Shown: positions 14,651 through 30,613, counted from the stretch's first letter. The stretch: DNA of 64,000 nt from Schmidtea polychroa (GCA_044892525.1 CM097885.1:47245727-47309726); one strand, 5' to 3'. Notes: generated by a model not told the origin, from the sequence alone. A program made the numbers and translations.

Positions 14651-15638
14651 TATTGTTAATAAAATTTCATTAAACTATTTTCGATATTTAATTAAGAATT
14701 GTGTATAAAAAGTTTTCCTCTACATAAAACTGTCTAAATCAGACAAATGTCAATATGTTTTCTACTCTACCACTGAATACTTCTTTCATTGTTTAATTGG
14801 TTATCCAACAATATATATTTTTTGTGGATTTTATTAGTGAAAAATTTACTATTCCGACTAAATTACAGTTGTTGCTTGTTTACTCTGCTATCATACACGT
14901 CGAAGTTTGAAAACAGTAATGGAAAATCAAATATAAATGAATTAGTCTTTGAGTTGACCAAAAATTTATAAAACTAAGATTTATTTTTTAATATATCTTG
15001 CAAGTATTAGTTGTTAGTTTTTTTATTAATATGAAAAATTAAAAAAAATATATAAATAATATTTTATATAAATAATTTAGCAAAAAAAACAAGTAATTAT
15101 TTTAATTTTTGAAAATCTTTGGTCATTAGATCTTGATATGTCAAAAAATGGCAAAATTCTTTATGATATGAATTTTAATAATTTACTATGGAAATTATGG
15201 CTAGACTTATCAAGGATTAACATTAAAAAATTTTTTGAATAATTATCTATTTTTGATTATTATAAAATAATTTTAGTTAATTCACCATAAAAGTTTCTGA
15301 AATGTTTCTATAAATTTATTTTATTTTTATTAAAATTTTGTTCTTTACGAGTGGAACATATATTTTGTGTACATACCTTCTAAATCTTGCAATTATTTCA
15401 GTCTCAATAATAATGAAATTTTATCATTAATAGTTATATACTATGCAAATAAATGGGGAAAATAAAAATTTATTATGGCATTTTGTACTTGAAAAGCAAA
15501 AAAAATAATTTTTGTAATAAGAAGCTTAATTCCCAATTAAATAGTGCCAAAATATCAATTTTTAAATATAATTGTTAAATACAAAACATTGACCATTAAA
15601 AATAGTCGAAACATAAATGAAGCTAAAAGAAAATGTAA

Positions 15639-16531
15639 AATGACAATTAGTAAACTAGAATCAAAATTAAATATTTTAATTGTTAGCAAAAGGAAAGTTT
15701 TAATTAAAATATCATATTTAAACAAAATAATTCAATTAAATATTATATATGTTAGTAATATAATTATTAATTTGTAATTTTATCTATTTAAATTAATATT
15801 TTAACCAAAATTGAAATAATATTAAATTTATTAAATACTTTAAAATCATTTCTAATATTCATATCATTTTTAAATATTTACTTATATTTGTAATTCAATT
15901 TGATAAATTAGGTTGTTGTCATGACTTTAGTTGACCTTAACCTTATAACATCAAATGATTGTGTTTCCATGTCAGTGGTACACTTATGGCTACCTTTTAT
16001 TAACAACCGGGTCTGTGATGTGTAACGTGATTAAGAACAAATGAGCAAGTAAGCTCCCTTAATAAATTAATTCCTAATTCAATATTTCTTCAATCATAGA
16101 TTTTATTTTCCTTTTCATTTCGTTATTTGAGATATTATTTGTTAAAATGAAACTTATTTAATGTATAGAGCCACAAAAAATTTTAAAATTTGGTAAAAAT
16201 CGACTGAATCAGATTATCTGCAGAGATTGTCAGAAATGTTTCTGTCCCAGAGAATCAATATCCAAAATATCCGCTATAATGATGAAAATAAATATAATTT
16301 ATATATGTTTAATCTATGTTTAAAATTAAATAAGACAAAAAATTAATACAATTTTTAAAGAATATAGTTTGAAAATAGTCGAAACCTAAATGAAGATAAA
16401 AGAAAATGTAAATGAAAACAAATAAAAAAATGACTAAAATGACAATTAGTAAACTAGAATCAAAATTAAATATTTTAATTGTTAGCAAAAGGAAAGTTTT
16501 ATTTAAAATATCATATTTAAACAAAATAATA
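15639..16531 (+). repeat. ~92-bp direct repeat pair (15639-15731 and 16438-16530)
   Basis: aatgacaattagtaaactagaatcaaaatt...aacaaaataat occurs twice, nearly identical. Confidence 0.85.
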
Positions 16532-17702
16532 TATCTATAGTTTGTTGTCTGTTTTATAGTTTTTTTATAAATGATAATTAAAACAAAAAACAATGCTGAA
16601 AAATAAATAAGCATTCATCAATAAATATGTTAATAAGACATTTTATAATATTTTTAGGTAAGTAAAATTTATTATTCTATTTTGAAGTTTATTTAATGAA
16701 TTTTATTTATTTTTAATTTAGTTTAATTTAATTTAATAACCAATCTACTAATTAGATTAATAAAATTTATTTGATACTGCAAAATTAGATATGAAAAAAA
16801 TCAAAAATAATACTATTTACATTTTATAATAATAATAATTAGTAATATATTTATATATTTCTTTAAACGATTTATGAAATTAATTTTGAAATATTTTAAA
16901 ATATTATTTAACTAAAATTGAAATTACTAATATTCATTTGATTTCACACGCAATATAAACGAGTAAATGTTTTTGTTCTTGAAAATTTAGATTTATTTGT
17001 TCGCATTTCATCGAATGAGTCAAATACAATTTATTAAAACTAATTTTACAAATATTTTCAAATAAATTGTTTATTAATTTAATTTCTTCTAAAAGAAAAT
17101 AATTAAATATTTTAATTTATTTTCTATTTCATTTCACGATTTCATATAAGAATTCAGTGGAAATTAATCTTTCACAAACGATAATGACATAATCAAATAA
17201 ATGAAATTTGAGAGTAACGCTTAAAATAACATTCGTTTTCAAATTGAACTAATATATTGCAAATTTATCAATAAGCTTTCAAAAATATTATTTTTTTTCC
17301 TTACAAGACAAGTCTGTTATAAAAAAAATTAAAGAAAAACTTAATTAAAACTGTCTGAAAATTCAACATTTTTAACTAGCAAAAGATGCAAAAGAGACAT
17401 TTTTATATTTTATATAGTTTTGTGAAATTTTGGCAGAATTTGGAAATTTTTGGATTGCATTTTAAGTAAATGTTTATTAAGTTATGTTAGAATTACATAT
17501 AAATATATTTAAGGAGCACATATCTTTACGAACATTCTGGCAATAACAAGTTAAATAACAAACATACAGATTGTAGACAGCATAAAATAAATATATTTCA
17601 ATTTGTATTTTTGAAATTAAATTCGTAAAATATGTTTGTTTAAATTTACCAATTTTGATAAATAATAAATATTTTAAAAAAATACTCAATATGTTATTTA
17701 TT

Positions 17703-17840
17703 AAATGATGATTTCTTGGTAGCAGCATTTAATATTTAAAACAATAAAATGATAATTTAAGCCTTTTGCTGCAAAAAATGTATTTAATGAAAAAAATTTC
17801 GACTATAATATCTTATAGTACTATCTTATAGTCGAAAATT
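17703..17840 (+). repeat. Dispersed ~120-bp repeat with terminal hairpin; other copies inverted at ~50270-50388 and ~62985-63101
   Basis: Shared core gatgatt.cttggtag..taaaacaata.aatgataatttaagccttttgctg. Hairpin TTTCGACTATAA / TTATAGTCGAAA at 17797-17837. Confidence 0.8.
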
Positions 17841-17864
17841 TTATTGTTTTATGTTATTTATTAA

Positions 17865-18063
<199 letters not shown>

Positions 18064-20879
18064 TTTTGAATATATTTTAATTGTGAAAAATATTTTTCTC
18101 AGACCTATTAAAAATAAGTATTAAGTTTTCATTATCATTTTAATAAATTTATTATATTATTAATTTATTAAATATATTCTTAAATTGAAACTTGAAATTG
18201 TCCGACAAACAATTGAAATAATTTTGAGATTTTGAATCATTTTATATTGAGCTTATTATAATTGAAAATTATAATTGATAATTAGTAATAAAACCTGAAT
18301 TAAATCTCATAACCAATTTAAATTTGAATCTATTTGTTAATTTTTTTTCACTGAAACAACTTAATGAAATAATTTTTTCGTGAATGTCTTAAATAAATTC
18401 AATACTGTAAATCCTTTAGTAATCTCTCATCCTCTATTAATCCACACCAGGAAAATTAGTTTTAAAAGTACAAAAATTAAAAGTTTTATTTTTTAATCCC
18501 CGCCTTAAATAATCCCTTATCGATTGAAATAAATTAAAAAAACAATCCATGAAGATTCAGAAACATTCAAACAGCTATAAAATCAGTGCCATAGAGGACT
18601 TTATAATGAGTTCTAACAAGACAGCTAAAAAGCTTAAAATTAACAGAAAATGACATAAAATTTCAATACAAATTTTTATAATCCCGCGAAGGATTAATAC
18701 ATGATTTACAGTATTTTCATTTAGTATTAAATGATAAATCAACATTTTATATTTTTAATCTGAAACAGAAATCAATGGCAAAAAGACTTTATTTTTAATT
18801 TAATATGTAATTTTTATCTTTACATGTACTATCCAAAGCAAATAAATATGGATAATCTAGGAAAACAACTAAAAATATCAAGTAAATATTAAAAAAAAAA
18901 TAAAATGTCTTACTGTTATGTACATGTCTTTTAATGTTATAAGTCAAATGGTAATCGTCTGGTGTCTTTACATCAATTATTTTCTCAAATAACATGAGAC
19001 ATAAAAAATAATAATCATACAAAAATTAATTCTTCAAAAACTGCAAATTTCCTAATTTCCTTGATTAGGATTTAAACCAATAAAATGAAAAGTGAATCAA
19101 AAAGAATAAGATTTTATTAATTACTAAATATTTATTGTAGTCTCATCAAACTTACATTCTACAAATTTTCAGCACAGCCATTTCAAACAGCAAGTTCAAA
19201 AGTCAACGCGAAAGGTTTGTAATAAATAGATAATAAATAGATAAAACAGATGAACATATATATTTCAATCATAATCTTTACATCCAACTTTCCTTTTCCC
19301 ATCCAATATACAAAAGTAGCATAACCAAGATTTTTTATTCTTTGAATATATTTGCATATAATTTATTTTTAATTTATTTTGAAAGTTTTCCCTTTTTTCT
19401 TACAATTTCTTTTGCTCTTCTACTACTTTAATTTCTCTTAATTTCAATTGTTGTCGATTTTGAAAAAAAATTAAATTAATTCTGATTTTATTAATGAAGC
19501 TTTGAACTTTGTCAATTAAAATATCTTCAAATTGATATTATTTACTAAAAAAAATTGAATACAAATTTCAAAAAAAAAATATTACATGTTATAATTTTGT
19601 TGAAATCTCTATTAAACACTATTAATATCTCCATTAAATATATAAATTCTTAATATGCGTTCATTTCACGAATTTCTTACATATTATTTTCAAAAATCAT
19701 AGCTTTCCCAATCAATTTAGTAGCATTGTAATTAAAATTTGTTTTTATTTTTTCAAAAAAAAACGCAAAAAAAGCCTTTAATGTGGTAAAATTAGCAAAA
19801 CAACTCATGATATAACTTTTTTAAAACTTTTAAACATATGTCATTTTTGTAATTATTTTCACCTTTGAGTGACATTTTGATAAATAATTTGATAATTTTT
19901 ACAATTTTTTAAATGTCCTTAAATTTTACTTGGATTGCACTAATAATTTATATTAAATATATATTTCTTATTTAATTTGAAATTATTTGCAAAAATTGAA
20001 TCCTTTCAATCCGTGTATTATTTTTAATCTACCTATTGCATTATCATTTTATTACGGGTCTTTTCAATCGTAAATATTTTAATTGGTATTTTAATCTTTA
20101 AATTTTCATAAAAATAAAGATAAAAGCTGTGAAAATTTCTATGATCGAAAATTTTATAATTAAAACAAAACCTTTTAATTTATTACAAATAAAAACAATA
20201 ATTCACATTGCATTTATGTTAGAAATCTGTAAAAAAATATTCAGGATTAATTTTTTATTTTTCATTTATTGAATAATAAAATATTTTCTTTTAATATTGT
20301 GAAGCTGTAAAAGATTAGGAAGCGAGAAATATATAAAATTAATAGGAATTACTATTTTAAAATATATTACGTTTGATTAAATCTATAATATAATAGATTA
20401 TATATTATTATTTATTAATTTTTATCCGAAACACGTTTTATTTTATTAAAACAAAATGAAAAATTAAATTAAATTAATTATATTAAAACAACACTATAGC
20501 GTAGTAGTAATATCCTTATAAGGTCTAGAAAGTGAATCATGATTGGAAGTGGCTTAAAGACTAACAACAATTTTAAAGAAAAAAGAATTTAAATAAAATG
20601 AAAATTCAAAATTTTTAATGAAACAATATTTTAATCAGCTTACTTTTGAACTATTTATTTTGAAAATGGAGTAAGTCATTTTATTTTCTTCAGGCATCTT
20701 TAACACGTTGATTGTCTTACCAATCAGATTTCCATATCCCAAAACCAAGATAAAACATTAGTTTATTTGAGTGATATTACAAAAACCAATATCTTACTTG
20801 ATGATTTATGGGATTTTTGATTTGTTTTCCTAAATAAAATACTTTTTTGTGTCATATCTATATGGCTGACGTGGCTTAA

Positions 20880-21180
20880 TAAGAAATTTAATTCACCAAG
20901 AAGTCATGTCAGCTACCGAAAATTCGCTATTGAACTTATCTTTTCAACCTAATTTTTCAACATAACAATTGTCAATGCATATCTGTTGTATAAAAATGCC
21001 ACGGGAAAAAATATATAAATACGACTTGTTAGGGTAATCTTGATGATAGATAAGTTGAAATTATCTACTCAAAAAACAAATTTGAGGAAAAAAACAAGAA
21101 CTCATATATTAACAACTGAACAGGATGCTAAAATAAGAAAAGTAAGAAAAATCTGAGCTATTTGTTACGGAAAACTGAAA
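20880..21180 (+). pseudogene. piggyBac-like transposase C-terminal relic
   Basis: YRKFAIELIF..TIVNAYLLYKNATGK..RKVRKI*AICY resembles the W-Y-R-K..VNA..LY segment and the start of the cysteine-rich domain of piggyBac transposases. Confidence 0.5.
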
Positions 21181-22473
21181 TAATAATCATGTTTTTATAA
21201 TTGTAATTTACGTATGCATACTTTTTGTCAATAAATTAATTTTTACAAGAAGCTACTCGCATATTGTTTCCTATATCACCACGTTTTGTTCATCATAACA
21301 TCTTGAGGAGGCAAACTTTTGAAAAGTAATGTAAATTTACTTATATTGACAGACTTGTACAGCTCTCGTTGAAAGGTGAGTGTTGAACATATTAATAATA
21401 CATATTAATTCAGTTGATGATTTTCAGTTCAGCGATATTGATATTATCGAAATTCCATTTGACAAATTCTGAATTTATTCTAATTAATTCATCTGATTCT
21501 ATTTTTTGACATTCATTCAAGCACATATAATATCTTATCTTTGGCATAGGAATTTGAAGTAGCAATAATATTCTTGAAATTATTGGTGAAATTATATTTA
21601 TACTGTCCATGTCCAGATAATTCATTTTTAACATTTATAATAAAATTTGAATTCTTTATTTTCAGCGAAATATTCAAAGAATTAACAATTTCATTTCAAA
21701 AATGAATAATTTCACTAAATTCAGAAAAACACAAAATAACAACATACAATAACTCACACACACATCCTTACATCATGGCACATGGTGCACACATTAATGA
21801 AAATACACGAACCAAAGATTTGATTGGATGCACACCCTAAAGGGGAAATGCTTCAATTCATTTTACAACAATACATTTAAATTGTCTATAATAAAAGTTG
21901 TATGATAAAGCTTATCAATGTTTATAAATTTATTAAAACGCAAAACTTAAAATCCTTAAATTAACTTTTTTCACTTAAAAAAGGCTAAAGTGGTGTCTGT
22001 CATTTATCCATTATTTGTCACTTCTGTTACCAGTTTATAATATTAATCATATGTATAAAAGTTATTATATATGTTAATAAATAATGTTAAAGTTACTTTA
22101 AACAGAATAATTCACAGTTTAAAAATAATAAAAGAAAAGAGAAAAAATTAAAATTAAAAATTGTTTTTTGTTAAAAAAGAATAAAATTAAAAAAATATGA
22201 AAAGAAAAAATATTTTAAAATGTATATTCTAAAAACTAAAGATTGTCTCAAAATTTAAAATTTATTATATGAAATTTATAATCAAATAAATAATATACTT
22301 ATATTTCTTTCAGCTTTGCCTTTATTAAGCGTTATTTATAACCAATATTGAGTTTAATAAAATCTTTGAATTTTATTAAAATAAATATAAATAAAATATC
22401 AATTACAAAAGAAAAGATTCAAGGTAACCAAAAAATAAAGAATTTTGCTGAAAGTCTCTAATTATGTTGAAGA

Positions 22474-23860
22474 CATGGGCGTCAGCAAGGGAGGGGCAAG
22501 AGGGGGCACTTTCCTCAAACCATTCTATTTTTCGATTAATTGTTCCGCTATGCTTGGTTAAATCAGTACTCACCTTGGCTGAGTTATTCAGTTCGTTTAA
22601 AAGGAACAGTTTGCAAATTTTGCATACTTTTCCCCAGCCAGTAAATTGTGGTTTTCAAGGTGCATTCATTTTACAAAATACAAAGATTTTCATGAAAGTG
22701 CCAAAAGTCATCAATCAAGTGCGTGGCATAAAAATACACTGGCTTGTGCTACAAAGTTCTTACAATAAAGGGAAAAGCCAGAATTGAACATTGAACATGA
22801 GCTAATCAAGTTGACTGAAGAAGCCATAAAGGAATAAATTGTTTCAATGGCCAATAAATCCATTGGATTTTCAATCATTGGAGATGCGAGTGCTGACATA
22901 TCTCGAAAAGAACAAATTTCCGTTGGAGTTTGTTTGTGAATTCTAGCAGCACAGAAACTGTTATTCATGAAGAATTCCTTGGATTTGCAAAACTGGATCA
23001 TTTTGATGCTACATCCATAGCTGATAAAATCATTGATCAGTGCACAAGGTTTGGATTAAACCTTGACAAAATGTATGTCCAAGGCTATGATGGCTGCTCA
23101 ACAATGGCTGGCAAAGAAGGTGTTCAGACAAAAATTAGGAGCAAATACCCGAAAGCTGTTTTTGTGCATTGTCAATCACATCGACTTAATCTTGTGATCA
23201 ATGATCTCAATGTTGTACCAGATGTTAGCAATAAAATTGGAACAATTAAGAGCATTATTAGATTTTGTCGAGAAAGCCCAAAGATAAGAAGTCTGATTCC
23301 AAATGATCCTTTGCTTTATGAAACACGTTGGTCTGCAAAATACAAATGCATCAGACTTTTTGCTGCAAGTTTTGAAGATATTTTTGATCAGCTGAGTTCA
23401 CTGGTCATCGAAGCAAATGGTAAAACACGACAGAATACCCACCAATTACAGTGTGCTTCAAGTACAACAAGTTTTCTAATTTGTCTTCAAATCATCACTT
23501 ACTACTCCTTAAAATTAGAGTCAGTAGCACAAGCCCTACAATAAACACAATTAGACATTCTGAAAGTTTTTGACCACGTCCAAGAGCTCCTAAAAATCTT
23601 CCACACTCACAGACAAAATGCCGAAAAGTTTTTTAAGACCATTATTTTTCAAAGTGAGAAATCGACAGAACAATTAAACATCCAGTTGACAATTCCCAGA
23701 CAAAGTAAGAGGCAAACACACAGTTCAAATATTGAAGAATACTTTCGAAGATGTGTCTTTATACCATAATTGAATTCAATCATCTCATCGTTGGAGAGCA
23801 GATTCAATGACAATAACAAAATCAATTTTAGTCTATTTTCACTTCACCCACTGGAAACGT
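22474..23860 (+). mobile_element. hAT DNA transposon (ZMYM1/THAP12-like transposase), internally deleted pseudogene
   Basis: Starts CATGGGCGTC..GGGGCAAGAGGGGGC (hAT-like end). Motifs FSIIGDASADISRKEQIS, QGYDGCSTMAG, VHCQSHRLNL, ETRWS, EEYFRRCVFIP. ORF 22930-23544. Right TIR not seen. Confidence 0.88.
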
Positions 23861-26800
23861 TGAAAACAATATTACAATTTATATATTTTATAGTTTCCAT
23901 ATAACCATTTTAAAAGCAAATTTGGCAATTTTATTCGGAAATAAGAGGTACAGCGTTCCTTTACCAATTTTCCTTTACTATTCAAATGTTATGAGAGGTT
24001 GTAAAATAACATAACTAATAAAACCTGATATAAATGATTTAGAAATAATAAATTTTTGCTAAAATGTTATTTATTTAAAAGTTTGACAGATTACAAAATG
24101 GAGGTGATTTACGAAGAATAAAATAAAATGTTTTTCCACAATTATCAAAAATATTTATAAATAATTCATTATCGATCGCATACTTTCGGAAAATCATAGC
24201 ATGGTAATAACTAAATTTTTGTTTTAATATTGATTTTTCTGATTATAATTTGAATTTATACTGATGTTTTAATATTTTGTTTAAATGAGACAACCAAATT
24301 TTCAATATTTGTCAGAGTTCAACGGTAATAACATTTCAAATTTAATTCAAAATGTTCATTTGTCTATGTCCATTATTATTTAAAACAAAAAGAAAAAATA
24401 ATTCTCTAAGTCTAAAATATTTTTTTATAAAAATGAAAATCAATATTTAAAAAAATTTCAAATATTTAGAATTATAATACTTGTCGATATTTGTTGAGGA
24501 TTTACGCTGTAGAAATTCTTTTGCTTCCTATTTTTATTTTCATTGAGTATTTTTATTCGGTATATTTTTATTCTTAATTAAATTTGCTTCGATTTTAGTC
24601 GTATTTTTCAAAATCGAAAGGAAATATGTTAAATGTAGATATTCGTGAGCCATAGCTAAGGCTTCATCTATTTACTAATTATTAACAGTTATAAAATTTT
24701 TTAGTAATAATTATTTTAAGCTTGAAAATTGAATATGGAAAAATACAAAATAATAAACATGTAATTTTGATATTCTAAACATTGTTAAATATTATTTATG
24801 AAGCCCGATAATAATGTAATAGCTATAAATAAAAGGATTAAGTAAATAATCTCAATAAATTCGTTGCTGATTGAATATTAGTTATAAGAAATTGTGACTT
24901 GATCAACAATAACACATACAATACTGAAATTATAAGAAGAAACATTTACAATTTTTGGAAATGGGAAATATTGGTAATTAAAATCCACTGCAATTAATTT
25001 TCAATAAGTGAATTATTGAGATTATTTAATAAATTCATTAAATCATAGTTATTACATAATTTTTGGTTTCTGTAAAAAGGTTTGAACATCATATTTATTA
25101 GGCCTATTTTGTCCATTGTTGTTATACAGGTCCTTGCCTAATATAAATCCAAATGTAAAGGACACTCAATTAAATTGCCTATAACAAATGTCCATAAATA
25201 TTTTGTTACTGTAGTTAATTATGGTACCCATCACTGATGTCATTAAATGTCTACAACGTTATAAACAATAAATTAAATCAAATTTTGTGATATTGAATGA
25301 GAGGTAATATTTTATTTTATGATTTTAATTGTTGACAAATATATCCATTGCTCATATTGACAGACTAAATGTAGTTAATTGTCATCTCAGACTCCGCTCT
25401 ATCATTGCCATCGTGGATTATCAATTTGAATCTGCTTTTAAGTAATACATCATGAAGTTCAGCTCCATTAGATCCATTCTTACAAGAAACATCACAAAGA
25501 TTTTGGAAGTATCTTCAAAGTACTCTTCAAAGAACAACAAAGGTGAGTAAATAATGAAATCGTTATGTTCAATAATCTTAGATCCTTTCCAATCGTTACA
25601 ATCTGGATAATTCAAATTTCGTTTAGTCATCATTTTTTTATAAGTTCCAAGTTGCTTTTTAATCTTTTTAAAAACAACAGAATCTCGAAAACCTTTATTT
25701 ACAAAACCTATTTAAACAAAACTGAAATTTAATCATAAATCCAAAACTCGAAATAAAACCAAAATTCCAAAAATCCAAAGAATTAAAATCAATTAAAATC
25801 ATAAATCCAAAACCGAATAACAAATTGTCCGCATCTGTGTGCGCACACAAAAGAAATCCAATTTTAGAACACAAAAAATGCACACAGACGCGACAATTAA
25901 ATTCAAGATTGGCCCAAATGTTTAATGTATTTTAACAACAACATTGGTAACATTATCTTTACTCTTGACAAAAAACATTACTCGTAACGGATTTCAATAA
26001 TTTCTACATATCGAACATTTTAAAAGTAGAGGTCAACTAAAAATAGGGTTTTGAATGCTTGTGTAAAAGAATCTTTATAATTTTAGTATTATTGACGAAA
26101 TAATAAGACATCTTTACTGAAAATTAATCATTTTAGTTAATCTGCGTCAAGTTCCACAAACAAAGATTTGCAACGTTACATTTCCAGGAAAATGTCTTGT
26201 AGAAATAATTTCATAAAACAATCCATTCTTTACATCTTATTTGTCTGAACCACACCTAGTTTAAGGCAGAATAGAAAACCTCTACAATTGCTTATGAATT
26301 CTAAAAGATTGTGGTTGTTAATTTTACCGTTGAAAGGTATATTTACAAGTCTAGAAATCAGTCTCATCTATTATTTTGATTTACGCGTAAATAGCACTGC
26401 TTATGTAATAGCTTTGATGGACTTTTGATGCCAACAATTAATATATATCTGATTCTTAGTTTTTTTATAGATCAGTCAAACATGAAAGGTTGTTCATATA
26501 TGATGACTCAACAACGAAAGAAAAATATGTCTTTTGCAATTTCACTTATAAATAATTTCTTTATAAAGTTCCTACTTCAATTTATGCACATTGAATTTTG
26601 ATGTTTTTTTTGAGTGATTTTGAGTAAAAAATGGAAAGAGACAGCACATAATGCAACCTAGAAAGGTTTTACATTTACATCAATACTCAGAGTGTTAATA
26701 AATATTTCATTAATGAAGGTCTGAAAAATTGTAATTTTAAATTTTATTTTAACTATTCTAATAATTAAAAGTTTTGATAATTATTTCTTTTACCGAATAC

Positions 26801-26889
26801 TTCCTTTATTACAATTAATTTATAGAAATCTTTAGAGTATTTCTAATCATGTCACATGTGCTACTAGTGATACTAAATCCGTCATATAA

Positions 26890-27378
26890 ATAACTGGTCA
26901 TAGGTGCTACAGGTTGTAGAACAACTGGTCATATTAATAATATATACTAATAATTTTACTTTAATTAAATATTAAAAAAGTCAGGATAAAATACCCAAAA
27001 AATTTATTTATGGGATAGATAAGCTATTGCCCTAAGTACACTATCACATCGTTTTGTCCATATGTTGTGATTGCTCTACCAACTCTATCGTGGAGAATAC
27101 GACGCTTTAGCACTGGTGATACTTTGGAAGAATTATACCCTCTGTTCCACGCTGTCTTTCGTCAAGCCATCAAAATAATTCTAGATCGTCGGATGACTGC
27201 ACTAGAACACAGCCTATAGATCATCGTGCCATCCTTCAATGGTAATCGTAGTGCGTCTAAAAGTTAACAAAAGTAAAACTTATCATAAATATTGTGTTCA
27301 GTTTATATAGTATTAATATGACCAACTGTGAGAAGGTTTTTATGACAAATTGTGCTATGACCAATAATCCTAGAAGCC
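26890..27378 (-). mobile_element. MULE-derived element with a transposase C-terminal relic
   Basis: Inverted GGTCATATTAATA / TATTAATATGACC. The minus strand at ~27160-27256 reads RTTITIEGWHDDL*AVF*CSHPTI, like the MULE RTNN.EGWH..HP motif. Confidence 0.6.
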
Positions 27379-28113
27379 TTTTCAATTACTGCTCTCATAA
27401 CTTTTCGGGGTGTTTCGTTTTGATAGAATCACAATCATAAATTTGATTTTAATCAGCATGTGTGAAATATATCAATTTCCATATTATAGAGAAATTGCCC
27501 AATTATCACTCAAATAGTTCAACAATTTCTTCAATTAAACCTTAATTTTCTTGTCTCGCTTTTCTCTACCATACCTGATTATTATCTTTTCTATAACGAT
27601 ATGGCAATATAAAAGGAAAATAATTAACATTTTTTCGCAGAATAAATTCAGAAACAACGTTAAATGTACATAACTTTCTGGTTGACAAAATTGTTCAGTT
27701 AAAATATTTTTCAACAGTTTCTTCGGTGAAATAAAATAATTAACATTTACTTTCCCATATTTTTATATACTTAAAATTTCTAGCATTAATACAACGATTC
27801 CAAAATTGTTTTTTCTCTCTTTTCCAATACTTTTTTATTGAACTTTTTTTACGAAAATAATGTAAAATTAATAATGATTTCAAACATTTAAATGACTTTA
27901 AATATTATAAATATAAGTTTAATTTTTTAATATTTGAATTTAATAGAAGGGTCCAAGTATTTCTGCTCTTTGTAAAGTTACAGATTTCATTTCATAACTT
28001 CAAATCTTATTAGTTAAAATAGTTACAGTCGTTAAATATTATTTGATACAAACTTTTTGTTAGTGTAAATATTAAAAATTAATAAATCTCATTACTAAAC
28101 AATTTATTTTAAA

Positions 28114-28391
28114 ATATATATGTTACAGTTAAAGTATAAGCTTAGATAATGTATACATTCTTTAATAAAATACTTAAATGTTATTCTAGTATGACATGTT
28201 GCAATACAGCATTCTACTTAGATATAATATACATTTTATTATTATTTTATTATTGTCTAAATATTTTAATACTAAAAGATTTACTAGTGACTGTATACTT
28301 TAACTGAATTTAAAACTTTAGTTGTAATGTAAACTTTAACTAGTTAATGTATAGATTGTCTAACTTTATACTTTAACTGTAACATATATAT
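28114..28391. mobile_element. MITE with 26-bp TIRs
   Basis: ATATATATGTTACAGTTAAAGTATAA ... TTATACTTTAACTGTAACATATATAT. Confidence 0.65.
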
Positions 28392-28973
28392 TTAATTATG
28401 CAAAATTGTCAAACAATAACATGTTTAAATATATTCAGATTGGCAGATTTTTAAATTGCAGAAATTTGTTTTTAAAACAAATATTTAATTAAAATAGATA
28501 TTCTTACTCGATCTAATTATTTCAGTTTAAAATTTCATGTCAAATTTTTGGGGTAATGACATTTTAACAAATTTTACTAATTGCAAAATTTATATTTTTA
28601 ATTATTATATTAATTTTATTTAATATAAAAATATATAAAATAAAATGTATATTTTGTCAGTTTTGATTAAACTCTAGTTTATGTCATCTATATATTTCAG
28701 ATTTGAAGTTATTAGCAGAAAAAGGATGGATATTCAATCAAAATTTGTAATTGTAATAAGATATTAAAAAATCATATTCTATTAAAAATAATTAAAATTT
28801 TCTTTCTTAAATAAATATTACGATTATCATTTTTTTTCTAATACTTCTTTACTTTACATTTTGACTTGAATGTTTTCCTAACAGCCTACATCGGTAACTA
28901 CTAACTAGCTGTTATTTATAAAATGACAGAAAAAATTACTTCCGCAGGGTTATTAATGCATATTTTCATAGAA

Positions 28974-29010
<37 letters not shown>

Positions 29011-30540
29011 TCAATGATGAACTGTCAAAACTTCAATGACAAAATAGTTTTAAAAAGAAATTACAGAAATGATTCATTTTTAAAACAAAATCTTTACAGT
29101 ATGTCATATTTTATTAAATATGCTCTGTAGTTTTTTATTTTTAAAGAAATATTTAAATTTTTTTACAAATCGCTATTATACATATTCGAGAAGGATATTT
29201 AACCGGGCAGTTTTTGTCGGGCTGCGATTTTGAATATATTATCTAGTAATAATACCGATTAAAATCTTTTATTTTGTAGAAAATCTAGTAAATTAAATTA
29301 ATAAACAACATATAATATGCTTTCACGTCATTAACATATTAACTGTTTATTTTCTTGCAAATAATATGAATGATAATTTGTTTTAATTTGATTCAATTTT
29401 TGTTATACTCTGTCAATTCAAAATATTTAATATTTTTAAAACTTGTTTTATGCAGTCTTGAAATTTAAATGTTTTGGAAATAAATGTTAAAATTATAAAA
29501 AATACTCTGAATAATAATGTTTTCTTATTTTCTAAATCTTACTTGAAACCGGTAATTTAATTTTGGGGAAAAAGACAGAAACGAAAACAATACAAATATC
29601 AATACAAATAATTGAAGCAGTATATTGTAAAAAAGTGCTTAGAACAATATTTATAGAATTATAAGATAAAATGTATAGAATTTTAGTTAAAACATCATTT
29701 TTGTTACACTTTGTTATCGTTACATTCTAGATAATCTTATTATTTCTGCTTGAAAATACATTAGAGGACAATTTTATATTTTCTCTCTCATGTGAAATTA
29801 TATTTTATTGGGAGTAAATTTAGAAGATTTCCTCTAAGCTTCGTAACCCGTTAGAGTCTTGTAAAAGTCAGCCGCGCCCGGTTTTTTTATTATTTTTCAT
29901 TATAAGGTCCCTTGTAAATCGGCATCGTGAAGCTTCATAATTTTTAGTTTCAAAAACAATTCAGTTTCTGAGTGTTTACAAAATGTAAGTTCTATGGATT
30001 CAAAAGTTGTCTAAATTTTTGAACACTGAATTTATTTACTTAAAAATGATTTTTGGCTTTGAAGAAATGTACAGAAATGTCAACAATTGAAAAACGGTTT
30101 AGTTCATGTTTTTTTTAATAAACTTTGTTTTGACTTAATTGTCTATCTTATATGCTATCTGACAACCTAAACATACTAAAGCTTGCTGGAAACTCTCTGT
30201 TATTTAAATTTAATACACAGCTACCATATTTTCTATGTTAACAATGCAATTACGCAATCAAGCCTTGTTTTAAAAACTTACATTTTTAAAACATAAAAAT
30301 GATAGTCCAGTTTGACTTTAAATCGTAATTTATTTTATACATAACAGTGATACTTAAAATGCAGTTTGGTTATTTGTTCAATCAATAAAATAAAATTATT
30401 TAATGTGTTTTTACTGTAAAAGGTTTTACAAAACCGTTCAATTTTTTATATTCTCTATTGACAATCATTTTGGGAAAAAGGCTAATGCAACTGGACTATC
30501 ATTTTTGGACAGAGGGAGTATTTAAATAAATATGTATTTT

Positions 30541-30613
30541 TATAAGAACCTTTTTTAGAATTTCACCACTGATTTCTTTTCAATTGACATTGTATTTATT
30601 AAAAAGCTTGACT
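30541..30613 (-). repeat. Dispersed ~80-bp repeat; other copies (+) at ~34695-34777 and ~48813-48897
   Basis: Shared agtcaa..tttaataaatacaatgtcaat.gaaa.gaaatcag.ggtgaaa..aaaagttctt. The 48.8-kb copy has an 18-bp-stem hairpin at 48777-48826. Confidence 0.8.

Noticed and set aside
25090..25640. Possible second piggyBac relic (SPLLFFEEYF; KIFM.IC..F.FILGK)
   Set aside because: Too degraded to support by eye. It needs a translated HMM search.
30296..30520. Tc1/mariner-type MITE end (..TTTGGACAGAGGGAGTA) with an internal inverted match
   Set aside because: The left terminus is missing, so boundaries cannot be set.
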